Shown here one piece after another: positions 40,125 through 53,179 of a DNA stretch of 64,000 nucleotides. Source of the DNA: Lama guanicoe (taxonomy: Eukaryota). Below the pieces are notes generated by a model. It did no database searches. It was not told the origin of the DNA and saw nothing but the letters and a program-made list of their open reading frames with translations. Within the stretch, counting starts at the first letter, position 1. Each line of letters begins with the position of its first letter. Made by a program: the position numbers and the translations under genes. The stretch covers positions 141,822 to 205,821 of the forward strand of contig MU053444.1 in assembly GCA_013239625.1 (NCBI GenBank), in the 5' to 3' direction.

Positions 40125-42414
40125 GACTGATTATGGATAATCTGCAACCTTGGAAAGCAACCGAGATGGAATTACTGCAGGTACCTTCTGCTTTAATAAG
40201 CCGTGTGCAAACATAAACAGGGAGGAAGCATACACTTGGATTTGGTGGTTTAGGGAAGGGTTTCTGCACATTACAGGAGAAGGCAGAATTCCTTTTCTTT
40301 GTGGGCAGGGACGTGAGTTTACCTTTCTTTTCTGTAGTGGTTTCTGAGAACAATTTATGGTAATTAACCAACATTGACAAAAGGTGGAACACAATACATT
40401 TAAGAGCTGGCCAGCTACAAATTGTGTATGGGACAGGTGGATTTCATAGGCAAGTGGTCAGGTGGATGGGAGAGAGATGGAACCCAGGCATGGGCCCAGA
40501 TTCAAGCTTAAATCGCTATTTCCTCACCATAGGGCCTTGGACTAGATTGTAACTTCTCTTAAGCTGTTGGTGAATCTGTGAAATGGGCATGATAATATTC
40601 ATTTGTTCCTGGGATTGTTGCATGTTTTAAAGTGTATTATAACACACATGAAGCACTTAAGACATTGGCACTTAGCAGTTTTTACTGTGTGCGGCCGACC
40701 CGCTTGGCGTGTATCAGAGCCGTAAAGGCAGCATGTGTCTGTTGAGGGCGCACTGGTAGCCCCTTGAATACGTTGTGAATTTGGTGATTTACTTTAATCC
40801 TTGTAACTCTGCGTGCCATGGGCAGTTATTTACATGGACAGATGAGGAATCTCAGGGTAAAGAAGACTGTGCAATTTGCCCAAAGTCAGACCATAATTTT
40901 GGGTGCAAGGGCCTCGATATGGCATGGGCCCCTGGGACTTCTACCCGCTTCGTTTAGCACCAGAGCCAGATGTGGGGTCGGCTGTCACCCAGCAGGGAAT
41001 ATCCAGCAGGCAGCAAGACACACCTGGCCCTGTGCTACTTGAGCAAAATCTCCGGAGGGGAGGCAGTTACAAAAGGTATAAAAATAAAAAGAGACGACTG
41101 CAAACTGTGATAAGCTCTGAGAAGGAAAGGAACACGCCTCGCTGTGCAGAGCTGGGAGCTTTCCCGTTGGGGCTGCTCTGGGGGTGTTCATCTCAGCTAA
41201 ACAAGCTCTGCTGCTGCACCAAGGCAGGAAGGCAGGGCGCCTGTGACCAGGTAGACTGGGCCTCCTTGATCATTCTCATTCCCCATTAAGTGGCAGCTGT
41301 CACGGGCACTTACCTAGTAAACAGATTTTGGCCATAATCATGACGCATTTTGCTTGGTAGTTTTTTTGGCCCCACCTTTGAGACGAGGTCATTGAAGCTG
41401 GGGAGTTTGCTGCATGCCCGTGATCACCTTGGAAATATCCTCACTGGTCTTTCAAGCTAGACTAGTGTGGCTGTTCTGTCCCAGCCTTGTGAATGGCATC
41501 GTGTAGCTTCTCCCATGTGGCCCAAATGACTGACATTGATTTTCTTAATTTGTAGGAAATGGTATGTGACAATAGGAGAAAAAGATAGAAATTTTTTGGA
41601 AAAAGAGAAAAAAATCAAAGTCTTCCCCAGCTGGGGGAGTGTACCCTGTGTCACTCACCCACTCACTACCTGGCACCTCCTCCCTGCCGACTTAATGTTC
41701 AGAAGCCAATCTGAGCCTTTGAAAAACATTTTGCCTCATGACACTTTTGACTAGGACCTGCGACCTCTCTGTCCCTGGTTAACTCTCTCTTCAAAGCCAT
41801 TTAAATTTTATGCAGGCTCATCCACTCAGATGTAAGACTAGCCTCTTTAAACGTCTTGATGCAGCTCCTTAATGAAGATCTTGCGAAGGAAACCTAGGCA
41901 AAACCTGGGATGTATGCACACAGTGACTGTAACCTCAGCACTTTGTGAAGTTCAGAATCAGATGGGTGGGAGACTCAGAAAAGGCTTTTTTAAGGTTGCG
42001 AGTGGAAAGTGAAAGGACGTAGGCTGTGTGAGACTGAAACATCTCCTTCCAAGCCAGCAAGGCACCTGCGTTGAGGATGGTGTGTGTGGAGTGCAGAGTT
42101 CTCACAAAGAAAGAAATGGTGGGATGGGAGGGAGGACAGTTTTTTACTGGGGAAGGAAAACGTGGGCTGAACATTTCCTGGTTGAACAAGAGGACTGTGA
42201 CATGATGTGCTTGCATTTTGTAGAGAAGGGTTTTGTGGGGATAGACCTTGGGAGAACGCTCTCTGGCTGGGGAGTCAGCACAACAGAGAACCACACAGAA
42301 CTGGGCAGACCCCAGGCCACTGCTGGGGGAATGGCTGCCCGCCAATTCGAGCCCTGGGGGCTGCTTCTGTACCTTAGCTGGGGCCTCAGAGCTCCCTTCA
42401 AAACCCAGTCTTTT

Positions 42415-43037
42415 TGATACAAGAAAATACGTGGAGCATGAGAAGGGCTGTGTCCCAGGCTTTGGTTGAGCCCCTGGGATGTGCCCTGCCAGATGTTGGT
42501 CCTTGGCTTCGTGCAGGAAATAATTCAAGAGCAAGCCAGTGTTGAGTAAAGGTAGATTTATTCAGAGAGATACATTGAAATGCAAGAGAAACGCCCTGAG
42601 GTTTGGGGGTTTGACGCTCAGAATAAAAGTAGGTACACAATCCACAGAGAGTGTGTGGGCCTTCTCCGAAGAGGGAGAGAGAGTATTGACCGCGAAGTAG
42701 CTCTGTGTTGCTGGTTTTCATGGGCTTGGTGGTTTCGGATGTTAATAAGGAGAAGTACCAGCCTAAGGGCAAGGGGTTGGAATTCCCAGGGAGTTGGCCA
42801 TTTCCCATACTTTGACCTTTTGTGGCTAGCCTTGGGACTGCCATGGTGCCTGGGGGCGTGTTATTCACCATGTTACTATTACAATAGGCGTATAATGAAG
42901 CTCAAGATCTGCTAGAACTTAAATCTCTTCATCCTGAGCCTCAAGTCCTATTGGGGGTTGAATCCTTCACCATTTTGATGTTAATTGCTGTAGCCTTCCT
43001 TTAATGGGTGTGCTCTGCCCCCTTCCATCCTGTCTCA
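42415..43037 (-). mobile_element. Solo LTR (ERV1-like), left boundary approximate
   Basis: LTR-type sequence (ttcaagagcaagccagtgttgagtaaaggtagatttatt; cattttg...cctgtctca end). No TSD resolved. Confidence 0.65.
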
Positions 43038-43324
43038 CGGTGATGACACCGAGAAAGCCAAGGCCGGGCCCTGCCTGTGCTCCTGCATTTAACAAGGAGA
43101 GGTGTGGTGTGGGCTGAGGATGACTCTGAGTGTTGTGAAGGATGTTTCAGATTTTCGCACGTGGGACATGGGGACCTTCCAGCAGCCACCGCAGATTTAT
43201 CTCACGGCATTGTCGCTTGTGTCTCTCATCTTTTTCTAGTTTTCTTTTTTTTTTTAAGTATTTAATCCAAATTTCATATCAGGTTTTTTAGGAAAGAAAT
43301 TTCTGTTTTTCTTTCCTTTGGGGC

Positions 43325-43443
43325 TCTTTTAGGGGGGTAGCAAATTAGGTGTATTTATCTGTTAGTGGAGGCCCTGGGGCTTGACCCCAGGAGCCTGTGC
43401 ACGCTAAGCACAAGCTCTGTCACTGAGCTCTACCACCCTCCCC
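43325..43443 (-). mobile_element. tRNA-derived SINE (same family)
   Basis: ggaggccctggggcttgaccccaggagcctgtgcacgctaagcacaagctctgtcactgagct. Confidence 0.8.
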
Positions 43444-44429
43444 GTCATCTTTTTCTTTTTGCTTTAGCTGCCAAGAATCTTATAGCTGAATTTCTAGTCG
43501 GCCTTTAACACTTAAGCTGACTTCATGGCATCCGGTTTTATGACTTTACCTCCCCCTGGTTTCATGTAAGGATTGAATCTCCATTTTCTCTTCACTCTCA
43601 CTTTTGTCTTTTTGTTGTTAATGTTGTTAAGCTGTGTTTAAAAAATTGTTTAATTTCTCTTTTAGCAGGAAGCTGAAAGTAAATAAATATGTAAACAAAC
43701 TTATCACACCAATGCATTTATACATTCTAAGCTGTCTAGTTCTTACTTAAAAACCGAATTGAATACTAAAGTGATAACATTTTTAAATTATTTTTTAATT
43801 TTTTATAAAGGTATAACTGATATACAATATGATATAAGTTTCAGGTGTACAATAGTTGCTCCATTTATAGTTACTGTAAAACATTGCCTGTATTCCCTCT
43901 GTTGTAAGATGCATCCCTGTAGCTTGTTTACGTTACATGTAGCAGTTTGTATAAGAAATTTGGTTATCTCAGGGTTTGGGGCGTGGCTGTGTCTGACCCA
44001 GGTTCTAGGTTCCCCAGCCTGTCAGAGCCCAGGCCCTCACTCCTGTCTGCAGGGGAGTGAGTGTAGGCAGCTCTCATCAGCGCTGGCACCACCCTCTGAG
44101 TGGCAGTGACAGCAGTGACTGTGGACATGCAAAGGGTTGTTCCAGGAGTTTTACATACATTTCTGCATTTAATAATTGAAGCCCTCCTGTGAGGAATCGT
44201 TTTATGTTTTTAATGAATACTACACTTTATTTTTGTTTTGATAGACTTCAACCTTCAGGAAAATTTACAGGAGTATTACAATGAACACTTGGATGCACTT
44301 CACCTAAAAGGGCAGTATTTGTCCTTTTGTGTCTGGCTTATTTTAGCATACATTTTCAAGGTTCATCCATGTTGTAGCCTGAAATATTAACTTATTCTTT
44401 TGGTTTAATAATATCTCTTTTCTTTTTTT

Positions 44430-45900
44430 TTTGTTTTTGGTCTATTTAACAATAGTTTCATTGAAGTCTGGTCAGTTTATAATGTTGCATCAGTTTCTAG
44501 TTTAGAGCACAACTCTTCAGTTATATAGGAACATTCATGTATTCATTTTCATATTCTTTTTCAACATAAGTTACTATAAGATATTAAATATATTTCCCTG
44601 TGCTATGCAGTATAAACTTGATGTTTATTCTATACATAGTCAGTATCTGCAAGTCTTGAACTCCCAATTTATCCCTTCCCATACCCTCTCTCCTCTGGTA
44701 ACCATATTTTGCTTTCTATGTCTCTGTACATGTTTCTGTTCTGTAGATAAATTTGTCTTGTTTTGTTTTGTTTTCTTTTGTTTCTTTTAGATTCCACATA
44801 TAAGCGATCTCATATGGTATTTTTCTTTCTCTTTCTGGCTTACTTCTCCTAGAATGACATTCTCCAGTCCCATTCATGTTGCTGCAAATGGCATTATCTT
44901 ATTATTTTTTATGGCTGAGTAGTAGTCTATGGTATATATATGTACTACTACCTCCTTATCCAGTCATCTGGACATTTAGGTTGTTTCCATGTCTTGGCTA
45001 TTGTAAATAGTGCTGCTGTGAACATTTGGGTGCAGGTGTCCTCTTGAATTAGGGTTCCTTCTGGATATATGCCCAGGAGTGGGATTGCTGGGTCATATGG
45101 GAAGTCAATTTTTTGTCTTTTGGGGAATCTTCATACTGTTTTCCACAATGGCTACACCAAACTGCATTCCCACACAGTATAGAGGGTTCCAAATTCTTCA
45201 CAGCCTCTCAACCATTTACTGTTTGTGAACTTCTGAATGATGTCTGTTCTGACTGGTGTGAGGTGATACTTGATTGTAGTTTTGATTTGCATTTCTCTGA
45301 TAATGATATTGAACATTTTTTCATGTGCCTACTGGTCATTTGTGCGTCTTCATTGGAGAAATGTTTCTTTAGGACTTCTGCCAATTTTTGAATTGAATTG
45401 TTTGTTTTTCTTTCTTATCAAGTGTAAAAGCTGTTTATATATTCTGTGAATTAAGCCCTTGTCAGTCTCATTCATTGCAAATGTTTTCTTCCATTCCGTA
45501 GGTTGTCTTTTTGTTTTGCTTATTGTTTCCTTTGCTGTGCAAAAGCTTGTAAGTTTAATGAGATCCCACTTGTATATTTTTGCTTGTATTTCTATTGCTT
45601 GAGCAGACTGCTCTAGGAGAACATTGCTGAGATGTATGTCAGATGTTTTGCCTATGTTTTCTTCTAAGAGGGTTATAGTGTCTTGTCTACATGTTCAAGT
45701 CTTTAAGGCATTTTGAATTTATTTTTGTGTATGCTGTGAGGGAGTAGTCTAACTTCATTGATTTACATGCAGCTGTCCAGTTTTCCCTACACCATTTGCT
45801 GAAGAGGCTTTCTTTACTCCATTGTATTTTCTCCTCCATTGTATTTTCTCAGCTCCTTTGTCAAAGATTGAATGAGCAAAAATTTGTGGGACTATTCTTG
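44430..45900 (-). mobile_element. Younger lineage-specific LINE-1 3' end (about 1.5 kb, 5'-truncated)
   Basis: Well-preserved ttttagattccacatataagcgat, gttgctgcaaatggcattat, cccaggagtgggattgctgggtcatatgg and tttgctgtgcaaaagctt, with a T-rich tail at the left end. Confidence 0.88.
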
Positions 45901-46027
45901 ATAATTTTGTTTATCCATTCATTGATGGATGGATATTGTTTGTAACTTTTAGCTACTCTGAATGATACTGCTATGAATATTGATGTGCAAGTTTTTGTGA
46001 GAATATGTTTTCATTCTGTTAGCTGTA

Positions 46028-46168
46028 CAGTTAGCCCACCGTATCTGAAGTTTCCACTTCATGGATCCAGATGGCTGATTGTAAAGGGACTCAAACATCC
46101 TTAGATTATGGAATCCAGTGTGGTGGGTTCCTGAAACCAACCCCCCAAGGACACTGAGGGATGACCCT
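46028..46168. mobile_element. MER2/Tigger-like MITE nested in L1
   Basis: ta|cagttagcccaccgtatc...ggacactgagggatgaccc|ta shows degenerate terminal inverted repeats with TA flanks. Confidence 0.65.
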
Positions 46169-46584
46169 ATATGTAGGAGTAGAATTGCTTAGCCATATGA
46201 TAATTCTAGCCTTTTGAGGAAACACCAGACTTTTCCAAAAAGCTGCACCATTGCCCCTTTCCACCGGCTGCATATGAGGTTTCCCATTTCTCTACCTCCT
46301 AACCGACACTTGTTATTGTCCATGTTTTGATTATAACCATCCTAGTGGGTGTAAAATGAGATCTCACTTTGAGTTTGATTTGGCTAGTGATGCTGAGCAT
46401 CTTTCATATGCTTATTGACCAATAGTGTATCTATTTAAATCCTTGGCAAATTTAAAAATTGGGTCGATTTTCTTTGTATTGTTCAGTTGTAAGCATTTGT
46501 TTTATACCCTGGATACTAGTCTCTTATTAGATATATGCTCTGAAAAATTTTTCTCCTATTCTGTAGATTGTCGTTTCACATTAC

Positions 46585-46687
46585 TTTTTTAAACATTAAA
46601 ACAATTTCTTTATAGGGGAGGTAATTAGAATTATTCATTTTTTTTTTGCCAAGCACGCACTCTATCACTTGAGCTACCCCCTTCCCC
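46585..46687 (-). mobile_element. Internally deleted SINE of the same family
   Basis: ggggaggtaattag...gccaagcacgcactctatcacttgagctaccccc, nested in L1. Confidence 0.6.
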
Positions 46688-49600
46688 TTTCATTTCACAT
46701 TCTTGATGATTTCTTTTGTAACAAACGGTTTTAATTTTCATGAAGTCCACTTAATCTGTTTTTTTTTTATCACTTCTGCTGTTGGTGTTATATCTAGGAA
46801 ACCATAGCCTATCCTAGGACCACAAAGATTTATAATATGTCTCCTTTTAAAAAGTTTATAGGTTAAGATTTTACATTTCTGTCTGTGATCCATTTTGAAT
46901 TAATTTTTATTTGTTATATAAAATAGGGGGTTCCAGATTCCAGATTCATTCTTTTGCCTGCTGATACCCAGGTATCTCTGCACCATTCGTTGAATAGACT
47001 ATTCTTTCAATGGAGTGTTGTTGGCACCCTTGTGGAAAACTGACTGTAAATGTAAGTTTCCCCCACTGGATTTTTTATTGTGTCTCATAGATTTATGTAT
47101 CCAAACTTATTCCAGTACAATAATGACTTGAATACTACAGATTTGTAGTAAACTTTTAAGTGAGTCCTCCAACTTTGCTCTTCTTTTTCAAGATTGTTTG
47201 GGCTGACGTGGGTCCCTTGCACTTCCATATGAATTTTTGGATCAGTTTTTCAATTTATGCAAAGAAGTCAGCTGGAATTTTGATAGGGATTCCACTGAAT
47301 TTGTAGATCACTTTGGGGAGTCTAAACATTTTTAACAATATTGTCTACCATTCCATGAACATGGGATGTCTTCCATATATGTAAATCTTTTAAAAATTTT
47401 TTTGGTGATACTTCAAAATTTTCAATATACAAATCTTGTAAATGTTTTTCAAAAGTGTCTCCCATTTTATTTTTAATGCTGTTATAAATGGAAAGACTGA
47501 GGTTCTTAAGGGTGGGACTGTATATCAATTTGTTTATTTCTAGGATTGCTACACAGCAAATACACTAGGTTTATATTTGCTACATAAATCTATCCACAAC
47601 TATTCCCTCCCCCGTGTTATAAGAATCCAAGACCCAGGTTAAGCAACCGGAACACCTATGTGGATGTGAGAAATGAGACCCTTGGGTGGGGCTTTGTGCA
47701 GATAATACTGAGAGCTTATTCAGGATGGCTTCATCTTAATTACTTTTAAACAATTCTTTCAGTGTATTTAGTCAAATACATTAAGAACATGCCCTTTTGG
47801 TGTGCAGAGGAGCTAATACTATCATTTTCTAATAATTCCTAGTGAGAATGTTGTACTTGAAACCTAATTTGCATCAATCTTTGAAGATTTATGTTTCAGG
47901 AGCTTTGACTAAAGAACACCTGTCTTTATTCAATAACTACAACTAAATGCTCCAACATCATTTAAGAGTTTGAGCATATTGCCCCCACCCCGTTGTGCTG
48001 GTTGTCTGCAGCTGTAACTGGAGTCAGCGCTTACCTCTCCCAGTACACTTGTGCTGATCTGCTCAAAGGATTTCGTCCAACAGTTTGTCTGTAGTCTGTT
48101 GGACAAAGCCATAAAACATTAAATTTGCTGGAATGCAATATATTCTAATTAATATTAAGTAAGCACATATTGAGTGCTTACTGCATGTTGGGAATTGTCC
48201 CTCAGACTCACATGAATATTATTTCTTTTAAAACCTCACATATTTCCTTGTTATCCCCACTTTACAGATAAGGAGACTGAGGAATAGGTCTTCTCTTTTT
48301 GAGGGGAATCTCATTATCAATGACTGGAAGTTGTAAGGAAAAAGATGTTGATTCATCCTGAGAAAACATTTTTCTGAGAGTCAGCATTGAAGAGGGTGAC
48401 CACTGAAGAGGGTGATCATTGTTCGTGTGAGAAGTGCCCTGGGTTGTACAGAGTCAGCATCCTTGTCCTGGACACAGCACGTGTAGTGCTGTGTGGTGGG
48501 TGAGGTGTTGCGGCCTCGCAGGGAATTAGGATTCCGGGCCGTTGGTTTGTGCTCAGGCCTGGTGGGGCTTTCTCTGAAGGGCAGTGGACCGTCATTGACA
48601 GAATTTAAGTAGGGGAGTGGGGTGCTCTCGTAGGTCACTTTTTTGCTTGTAGAATGCTTGGAAACATTTAGTAGGCTCGGCAGGAGGTGATATGATGAGT
48701 CAGAGTCGGGTGGCTGCGAGGTGTAGCAGTGTTCAATTTTCAAGTGGTTTTCAGTCCCAGTTTTGTGGCTGAATATCTGTGTCACTTTGGACGACGCACT
48801 CAAGGAAGTGAAACAATTTATCTAATCAATTGAAGCAGTGATGTACCAACTTCCCAGGACTGCTGTGGAGATCCAGTGACATGACATGTGCACAGTGTGC
48901 AGCATGGTCGCCAGCACAGAGTCAGTGCTGAATGAGCGCCAGTGAGTACCTGGTAGAACAGGTGTGGGTGGTGGGGCTCGGTTACTGAGGAAATCTGAGC
49001 CCTGAAGGAGGGGTCCACACACATTTGTGAATGATGGGCCTGAGCTGGAAGAGGTAGGGAGACCTTCCCCCCTGACCAGGGCCCTAGGCAGGACGGCTAT
49101 GCGAGGAGGACCGTGAAGTCAGCTCTTTGCAGGTGGAGTTGAAGGTGCCCTTGAGACATCTAAGTGCATTGTCATGAGCTCAAAGAGGAGGTCTGGGCAC
49201 GGGCTGTGCATTTTCCTATAATCTCAATACCTGAGGACGCCGAGGTATTGATCACTGAATGTGAAGACATACTTTACAGGACAGGTGAATAGTAGTATCA
49301 TCTCTGTCATCAAAGCTCACGTCTCTTTATTCATCACTCACTTTGCTATTTGAGTACTTACAGGGCGGTTCTTCACCTCCCTCCCCTAGGCTCAGGCTTC
49401 ACAGAAAAGAGCTGGTGAACCTCCCTCTTTTCCAGAAGAAGACACATTTAGCTGGTAGCCTTCTATACCTCGCCAGATGTAGAATTTTAGTTTGTTGTTT
49501 TAATTCTATTTTCTGTTGGCCATCTCCTGACAGGAGAGAAGTTTTACCTCATGGTTATGTTTCAATTAGCTGTTGCTGAGAATTGCTGATCTGATCCTAA

Positions 49601-52600
49601 GTGCATGTATTTTATTAACTTTGTAGAGTACTTCTCATTTTTCTGTCTTTGCCCTTTAATTTCGTTTGCCCCTTCAATTTTCTGTCCTATTAGGGGCTTT
49701 ATTTTTTTTTAATTAAAAAATGTCTGTTAGCAGTTAAGAAAACAAAAGCAAAGAAAAATGCTCATGATACCTAAATTAAGAAAATATCTAGTGTGTTTTC
49801 TGTCTCGGCAATGGAGGGTTCTGGAGACTTGTGAAAACCTTCATTACACAAGTTGCTTAAAATGCTGATTAAGAAATAAAACCTTCCTTCCTCATCTTTC
49901 ATGCTGCACAGCTAATTGTCAAGAAAGTGAGGGGAAATCCTCAGAATCCAAGACAAAGCAGAAAGCAGGGATTCTGGGAGATACATGAACCTTAGAAACC
50001 CTGGAGTGCCGGTTGACTCCTGAACTGAATTTTAGTTGCCCTGGCATGAGGGCAGGAGGTGAGCCCCAGGCCTCTCACACTGGGAGTTGGATGGCTGTTC
50101 CTACGTAAGGCCAAGCCCATCCTGAGAAGCCTGCTTTACTAAAGGGTGAATTAGAAAGAAAGAAATAAACATTCCTCAAGGCAAGAAAGTAAGGAAAGTC
50201 AATTTTTTTGGAAGAGGGAAAAATAAGAAATCTAAAGTTAGGATTTAGTTTAAAGCTGTTCTGGCCTGAAAGTGAATACAAACTCCTGGCAGAAAATCAC
50301 AGCTTCTCCAGGAATGAGAAGTTGTGTTTTGAATGAATCAGTGAACAACCATTCGAAAAAAGGCCTCCAGACTCTTCTGGATCAAGATACTGGACCCAAA
50401 CACCTCTCTTCCAAGGTCTCATTTAAATAACCAGAAAGGTTTTAAAGGAAAGAAGCCATAATCATAGTTCTATTTATCGACATTAGTATATGCTAGGAAT
50501 TCAGAAGTGACTATGGAGTTGTCTCCTCTTTTATGGACCTTACTTTCTGTTTGTCATAGTTGGGGAACTGGGTGGAGGGAGGTGTTAGTCTGTAGCAATT
50601 ATCCAGGAGAGGAGATTAAGAAAGCAGTGAAGGGTGGGTGACATTTTTAGCTGAGGACAGTCCTGTTTAGTTGGCTTTGAATTGCAGGCTCGATGAGTTT
50701 TCACTGGAGGGAATTGATCTTATGGAGGATCGTCTTAGCTAAGGCCTCTTCAGAATGGACAAGTGAAACTGGAGAAAGACAGTCAAATCTGTGCAGACAT
50801 TAAAGTCCACGTGAACGTGCTGTATCCCTGAGCCAAAGATACGAGAAGTAGGCAGCACTTCTTGAGGACAGAGGAGTGGTTTTTAAGGTTCTCTAAGAAT
50901 GAATCCCAGGGAACCGAGATGGCCAGTTTTCAAACTGTGACTTTGCTCTTCAGACAGTGTATCCACCAAGGGTATTGGCAGTTTATAGGTTTTCATTTCT
51001 CTTTAATACCTATCAGGTGATGATGACGTGAGCACAAGCGTTTGACACCTTGTCGAGGTGACTTTGGATACCTGCCTAGAAGCATGGGCACAGCTGCAGC
51101 TGCGTCATACATCTTGCCACCCACCCCGTTACCCGGCTCTGTGATCACGGCAGAGTGGTTCCTTGTTGACCTGTCCATCTCCTCTGTGACATTGTAACCC
51201 AACAAAAGACTGGAGTGTTTTAGCTTGGCTTTGTTCTTTTCCATCCTTCTCTTCGAATGTTGATGACTGATAGTGGACCCAGTTAGGTTAGCAGATGTTT
51301 TACAAGTAGGGCTCTCAGTACAAACTTTGTAATCCCCACTTTGTGATCTAGAGAAGAAAGTTACATTCTTTCCAAATAGTTTTGATGCACTTATGTGGGA
51401 AATTGTTGTAAGTTTGAATATGTATTTCCTCTCTGAATCATCATGGCTAGAGATGAATGTGGGTAGACATGGAATGTGTTTTCTGTATTTGAACTGTGTG
51501 CTCCCCTAAATTCTCCCCAGCTTTTTAAAATCATCACTGGAGTGCTACCTCCAGAGTGTCCCAAAGCACCCACCACTGCCTGTTCTTCAGACAATGTGAG
51601 TTTCCAACTTGGAGAAGGCTGCTGGCTGCCGAGGCATTCTCTGGCACATCTCTGTCTGGCTGATGAAGGCTTAGCACCCAAGACTTGGCAGACAGTAAAT
51701 AACCACAATCACGTCCATTTCTGGAACACTCATGGAGGATTTTAGACCTATGCTAGTGGAATATGTTATTTCATTTAGTTTTCCCAACAATCATAATTAG
51801 ATTTTATCACCTGTAGTAATAAGGAAACTGTCAAATCGAGTGATGTGCAGACTTTGGACTGGAACACGGGTCTTTCTGATCCCTGTCTCTGTTCCCTCCC
51901 TGGCCTATCCTTTCAGATGGTCAGGAGACTTCCTCTGTCTTGAGTTTGCTGCTGATGTTACCACTCTCTTTGTTTCTAGGAGAGGAAAACAAGTCTAAAC
52001 TTACTTTCCAGTTGAAATGGAATGAAGAGTTAATGTTGGAAGACGGGAGAGTCTTTCCTGTGATGAAGTGGTCTCCGAGCCACTTCCACTGGGACGTCAC
52101 GTCACTGTCTGGGCCCCTTGCTCAGCCTGTGCACAGGTGACAGTACAGATGTGCCAAGCAGTCCTTCCAGACAGGGCAGTGGGTTGGAAATGAGTTTGGG
52201 GATTTGGTTTCATTTCATAGGTTTCTGAGGGACTTGGCCTGGCACTTCGAGTGGGAGCATTCCCTGTCCCACAGACTCGTGCTCTAGGCCCGTGCAGACC
52301 TGACGTGGCCTCAGCCTGAGGCTCAGGGTGTGTGGTGAAGCGGAGCATTTTAGTCCAGGGTCTGTGGAGGCTCTGAAACTTCTGGGTCGTGGGATTTTTC
52401 AAGAATGATAATAATTCCTCCCCGAGTTTCAGATTTCCTTGTTTGTGAGCCGGGGTAGTAATAGTTTCTGATATGATTGTAATGATTCAATAAGGGGCGC
52501 AGCGTGTGCTGGCAGGTAGCTGGTGCTTAAGGAGCAGAAGTCGCAGTCACTCTGTCAGCCTCTCACTGTGTACTCTGTGCTTTGAGAAGTTGTGTGTTTG

Positions 52601-52965
52601 GTGAAAGTCCCGTCCAAATCCTAGGGTCTAGATGAACTGCTGTTCACTTACTTTCCCTTCCTTTTCCTCTTTCCCTTCTCTGTGTCTCATGTGTGGTTAG
52701 CAGATTCCTCTGTTTCAGGGAATATGGGCCTTTCTAGTAAAAGGACAGGCTGAACATGGGGAAGTGGGCCCAGAGGGGGTCTGGAGTGTCTGCACAGCGC
52801 TGCTTCCCTGCGATTCTGCATCCGGTCCCGTCAGTGCACGAAGTCAGACTTCCTCTTCCTTCCTGTGTCATCAGGTCTCTGTTTTACGGGAAAACCTTTA
52901 TTACTTGTCTTCTTTCACTTACGTGTTTCGTTCAGATGCTTGTTGCTTTTCTCCCTGTGCTTCAG

Positions 52966-53179
52966 TGATCCGAGGAGAGAATTCAGCAGTGCAGCATCCT
53001 CTCCGAGCTCTATGAGATGATCGGCTTCCACTGCAAGTCCACCTTCTTCAAGCGGGTGGCCCCCGTGCAGCGCGTGGCCCCCGGCATCCCAGAGCCTGGC
53101 GGGAAGGCCTGCTACCGACTCCTTCTGCAGACGCTTCCTGGCTACAGTCTGTTGCTGGGTCCACAGGACTTCAACAAAG
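52966..53179 (+). pseudogene. TRAPPC9: TRAPPC9 exon 8 remnant (TGA at first codon, donor GT>AT)
   Basis: ctgtgcttcag| then [70 protein letters not shown] versus human [72 protein letters not shown]. Followed by attttg. Confidence 0.95.

Larger units (their letters stand above)
44230..47490 (-). mobile_element. Old L1MB-like element interrupted by younger insertions
   Basis: L1 sequence at 44230-44400 (caaggttcatccatgttgtagc) resumes at about 45905 (tttatccattcattgatgg) and runs to about 47490. Confidence 0.75.
7734..53179 (+). pseudogene. TRAPPC9: Unprocessed (intron-containing) partial TRAPPC9/NIBP pseudogene, exons about 3-8
   Basis: Five colinear exon remnants translate to TRAPPC9 peptides ([53 protein letters not shown]). 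Each follows a pyrimidine tract plus AG and they are separated by kb-scale introns. Stops, frameshifts and lost donors are present. The human comparison is from memory. Confidence 0.93.

Noticed and set aside
41935..42915. Cluster of long overlapping ORFs
   Set aside because: They overlap an LTR and GC-rich flank, with no gag, pol or env motifs or known-protein similarity.
7734..53179. Processed retrocopy explanation
   Set aside because: The exons are separated by kb-scale introns with retained acceptors, and none are fused.
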